From NCBI GenBank assembly GCA_963693365.1, contig CAVNZM010000007.1, forward strand, positions 1,473,979 to 1,537,978: 64,000 nucleotides of DNA. Direction: 5' to 3'. Below the pieces are notes generated by a model. It made no database searches and was not told the DNA's origin. It saw only the letters and a program-made list of their open reading frames with translations. Source of the DNA: Amoebidium appalachense (taxonomy: Eukaryota > Protista > Ichthyosporea). How positions within the stretch are numbered: position 1 is the stretch's first letter; the number at the start of each line of letters is the position of its first letter. Both the position numbers and the translations under genes were made by a program. Of the stretch, positions 60,216 through 64,000 are shown in pieces.

Positions 60216-63200
60216 TGGTTTAGGAAATATTTATAATGTTCTAAACAAAACATGTAAAATCAGAATTAGCTGAAAATCCTTTACTCTTTTTTCAAACTGG
60301 TTTATGCAAAACCTGAAACTTTTTGCTTCAGGATGTTGAATGCAAAGGGAGGGGGACTTTTCCTTAAAGTGGCATCTACAGTAATACAACCCTCTTTAAG
60401 CAGTCCTAGCTCTATAAGTATAAGATATAAAACCTTTATAGAAGTAACCTATCAAATATTAATTTGAATCAGTTAAATAAGGCTTGTGTATACGTACCCC
60501 CATATACACAAGGTCCGATACCCCCTAAAAATAACGTCTTAGTGATCGAAGTCTCTTAGCAATCTTTATCATTTTCCTTTTATAAAGCTTTATATCCCTT
60601 CTGGCCCATTTTCTCATTCAAGAGGCTGTGGAGCTCGTCTCTTGAACACTGACTCATAACAAAAGCCTCACGTTCGTTAGGTCTTACGTGAATTCGAACC
60701 TGACAGTGATATTCAAGAAAATTGTGGAGCCTTGCGTTCCGTTTCACACAATTCGGAACCTGAAAAGGCTTTGGGATACAGAAACGATAGACAGGAAGAA
60801 AAAAAAAAGATAGACATGCCTTGAGATTATTGTGAGAGTTTCGGAGGTTTCCCGCGTGCTGCTCAGGATCTGATCAGCCTCTGGTGCAGAATCTGTACTG
60901 ATGTTACTGACAGTGCCACATTTGTCTGAGGCGTGTGCGTGCGTGACCCACATTACATTGTAGAGTGCGGCCGGGCAACTTCGGGATGACTCAGGCAGCT
61001 GCCACCTGCGATCATCACTGATTCATCAGCCTGGCTGCTGCATGCTCGAGCACGCCCTCATCTTTGGCCCACGCACACAGCGCGACCGCGGCCTGGGGGA
61101 CACGTGCACGCCCAAAGCTCGATCGCGAGGAGTCGAACATGCGTATTGAAACGTGTTGAAGAAGTTAGCACTACAGCAGTCGCTGTCTGATTCATTCGTT
61201 GTCCGTAGGCCATATACCTTTTCCTGGTCATAAGAATTGGGTTTTGCGGGTGACGACAAAAAGGAATTCAGATACATCACTAATTGGTAGGCTGTGCCGC
61301 GGGCACCCTCGGCAGCTCCCCCGTGACGTCTCCCCCGTGACGTTAGTCACGTGGCGGCAACCCCGAATCGCGCGGCACCGTTGCAAGCTCACACAGGGCC
61401 ACTTCAAGTAATTGCACAACAGCCATATCAGTGAGCCAAACGAGTTACAAAAAATAGAAACGTATACTTACATAATAGTATAGTCACAGTAAACTTGTCT
61501 ACAACCACTCTGGCGTACATGATGAAACAGCATCATGAACATGTATTCGCTCACGCGACCCTGCCTTTCTCCCTCGCTTCGAATTTCGGGGGTGTTTTTG
61601 TCTGTGAAGTTGTTGCCGACAATCTTCAACTGCGGTCGCAGACCCTACAATTGCGGTGCCAGGCCGAACGATTGGCCGGACCGGACAGTGAAAAGCCCAG
61701 TCTGGTACACGGTGCCAGGAGTAGAAATGAGCATGGCCATTGGCAAAGATTGGCCAAATATGCAATATTTCAGGATATTCAAATATGACATGATAATATA
61801 CGTAACATGTATTTCGATTTTCATCGCATTATCATTCCTACATCCTACAGCTACTATTGAATTAATAGGCTAGATGTTAGGCTAGCTGCATTTGATTGGC
61901 TGCGCTGGAAAACGCAATAGGCCGTCGAGTGAGGCTGTGCCCCAGACAGTGTCCACAACATTGTGATTTACAGTGTAAAACCCAATTCGACTTCGAAGTT
62001 CAAGGTTTAAACCCTAGAATTTCAAAAACAAATAATAGTTCAACGGGATCCTCAGCTATTATTGAGTGTGTAGGGTGAATCAGTGGTGCGCACATGTTGG
62101 CTTATCCTGATACACGATTGCCCACATGTCATGCATTGGACGTCCTCTACCTCCATTGGTTGTCGTCTCAACCAATCTATGGCTCCCGATCGGCACACAC
62201 AGTTGCCGGCCCACGCCCACAATCCCCACATCTTTGATATAAACAGCGTTGCCAAAAAGGTTCGGGCACCGGTAGACATCATGATGTGCCTAGAAGCCTT
62301 TTACCTCTTTTTACACAACACCTAATTTTGATGGCGAAGAAAGGACCATATTGAAAAACCGAGAGCCCTTAGTACATATAAAACATCAGTCAGCCCCGTC
62401 CGTACAGTGACTGCCAAGTTGTAATTGCTCACACAAATATTTCTTGATCCAATCAAATGCGTTGCCATAAATAGTGTTAGTGTAAAGAGCTTGGCAAATT
62501 CGGGAAGATCTGCGGTATTATACGAATTTGTCCACGAGATCACGTGTACCCCGAAAGGATGAAAACAGACCGTCGAAGTTTGATCAATTATTTTTTTTAT
62601 GCACGTTGGGAAAAGATTGCATCATGCAAATTTTTTGTTTGACAACAACTTGAAAAAAATTCTTCGATTGTTAACCAATCTCTAGTTTTTTCTGCACGTG
62701 ATCCGTGGGAGCAAGAGCCACGGTAATCGAGTTGCCGATACGAAAAAAACTGGCACGAGTCGTATCGAGGTAGCGCGACACTTGATATGCATTTACTGGT
62801 CCAAAAAAGGCCCAAATTAAATAAAGTTGTAGTCAATACGAAAAAATTGCATAAACCTAAGGCGGTGGTAATGTCTTCCTTCAACCCAATGTAATTAACA
62901 GATTAGCATGAGGTCTTTTCTAAATGATAGAATGGCATGTCGGCCATTTCACACTTCTCCAAGCTGATTGGCTAATACACCTGCTGCTATGTGAATCCCC
63001 CTGCATCTACTGAGCTCAAATCATTTTGGGCCCCAAGGGCTTACTTGGAGTTTTTTCAATACCCTTGCATCAGAATCTCAGATTCGGCTTGTTAAGCCGT
63101 GTTAAAGGGTTTTCGATTTCGACATATGCATATAATATGCGCATGGTATCAACCACACTCGTGCAATAAAGCAATGTGTTTTATTATAATTTTAGCAATA

Positions 63201-64000
63201 TATAATGCTCGTATCAAAGGGCTATCACTATAGCTAGAAACTCATTAGTGACAGTCGGAATATTTCATTAATCACAAGCACAAAGTTTCCATAAGAAACC
63301 CCCCTAGGAAATATGAAACGAGTACCTTCTTTTGGGTATCAGGAGACCGGTATGTATGCGAAAGAAAAAAAAAAAAAAAGCTTGGTACGGTCGCTGGGTG
63401 GCTGTCGTTTCTGGCAGGGCCGCCAGTCCTCACCCGTTTGTTCAGTGGTTAGGCCCGATGGGCTACTGTTAGCTATAGCTTATATATATATATGTATATA
63501 TATATTTTATTAACTTTATTTTCTCGCAGGGTCTGTTTAGTTAGGCTGGTATAAAGAACCTTCCAACCATTAGTCTAGACACCTGGTTTTCATCGTGGTT
63601 AAGTATACTTTCCAGAGGTTCGCCGACTTGAAACATACAGTGTCACAACTTCTCGTTCGGAAGTGTAACATCCTTTCACAGCGTTCTTCTTTGGAGTAAT
63701 TCAACGTTATACTTATATTTACAACCCTTTATTTTCCTTTTAAGTGATTACATTCATCACTTGAGACTGTGGCCGCCTCGTCAGAGTTCTCCCCAGAACA
63801 ATTTCGGTCACAGTTTCGCAACTAAGACTAGCACCGTCCTTCCCATAAAAGAAAGGTATCCTGAGATCTCCAACTCGTTCACCAGCTTTCCTTTCATCTC
63901 AGTTCTCTTAGCGTTCTTTTACACCATCCCCTTTCTTCTTTTATTACGTGAGATCGGTTGCCGGTTCCTACACTAAGACATCCCTTAACCTCTTTGCCAG

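Noticed and set aside
63560-64000. Purine-rich minus-strand stretch with coding-like composition
   Set aside because: Interrupted by multiple stops in the frame examined and truncated by the window edge; identity unknown.

Overview
Intron-rich eukaryotic genomic DNA. The animal-like GMF, TBC-GAP and cbEGF/PAN genes with CTAAC-type branch points suggest a unicellular opisthokont or holozoan; the taxon is inference only. Introns and intergenic DNA are packed with long C/G homopolymers and (CA)n/(GT)n/(GA)n tracts, which generate almost all ORFs in the supplied track as artefacts. By manual splicing I reconstruct six genes: (1) the 5' part of a secreted bacterial-type GH31 glycosidase (minus strand, runs off the left edge); (2) a multi-exon TBC-domain Rab-GAP (minus); (3) an intronless secreted ricin-B-type lectin (plus); (4) a large S/P/D-rich exon carrying a repeated FxRxNSNPxSY motif (minus); (5) a complete 6-exon glia maturation factor gene whose third intron is a U12-type AT-AC minor intron; (6) a divergently transcribed, apparently disabled secreted PAN/Apple + Ca-binding EGF gene. 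Mobile DNA comprises a 5'-truncated LINE fragment, a TRIM-like LTR element (211-bp LTRs, tRNA-iMet PBS, CACG TSD), a nested PIF/Harbinger(Tourist)-like MITE, a foldback MITE, and a dispersed ~180-bp intronic repeat that is always oriented with host transcription. No CRISPR array, rRNA or intact tRNA was seen.
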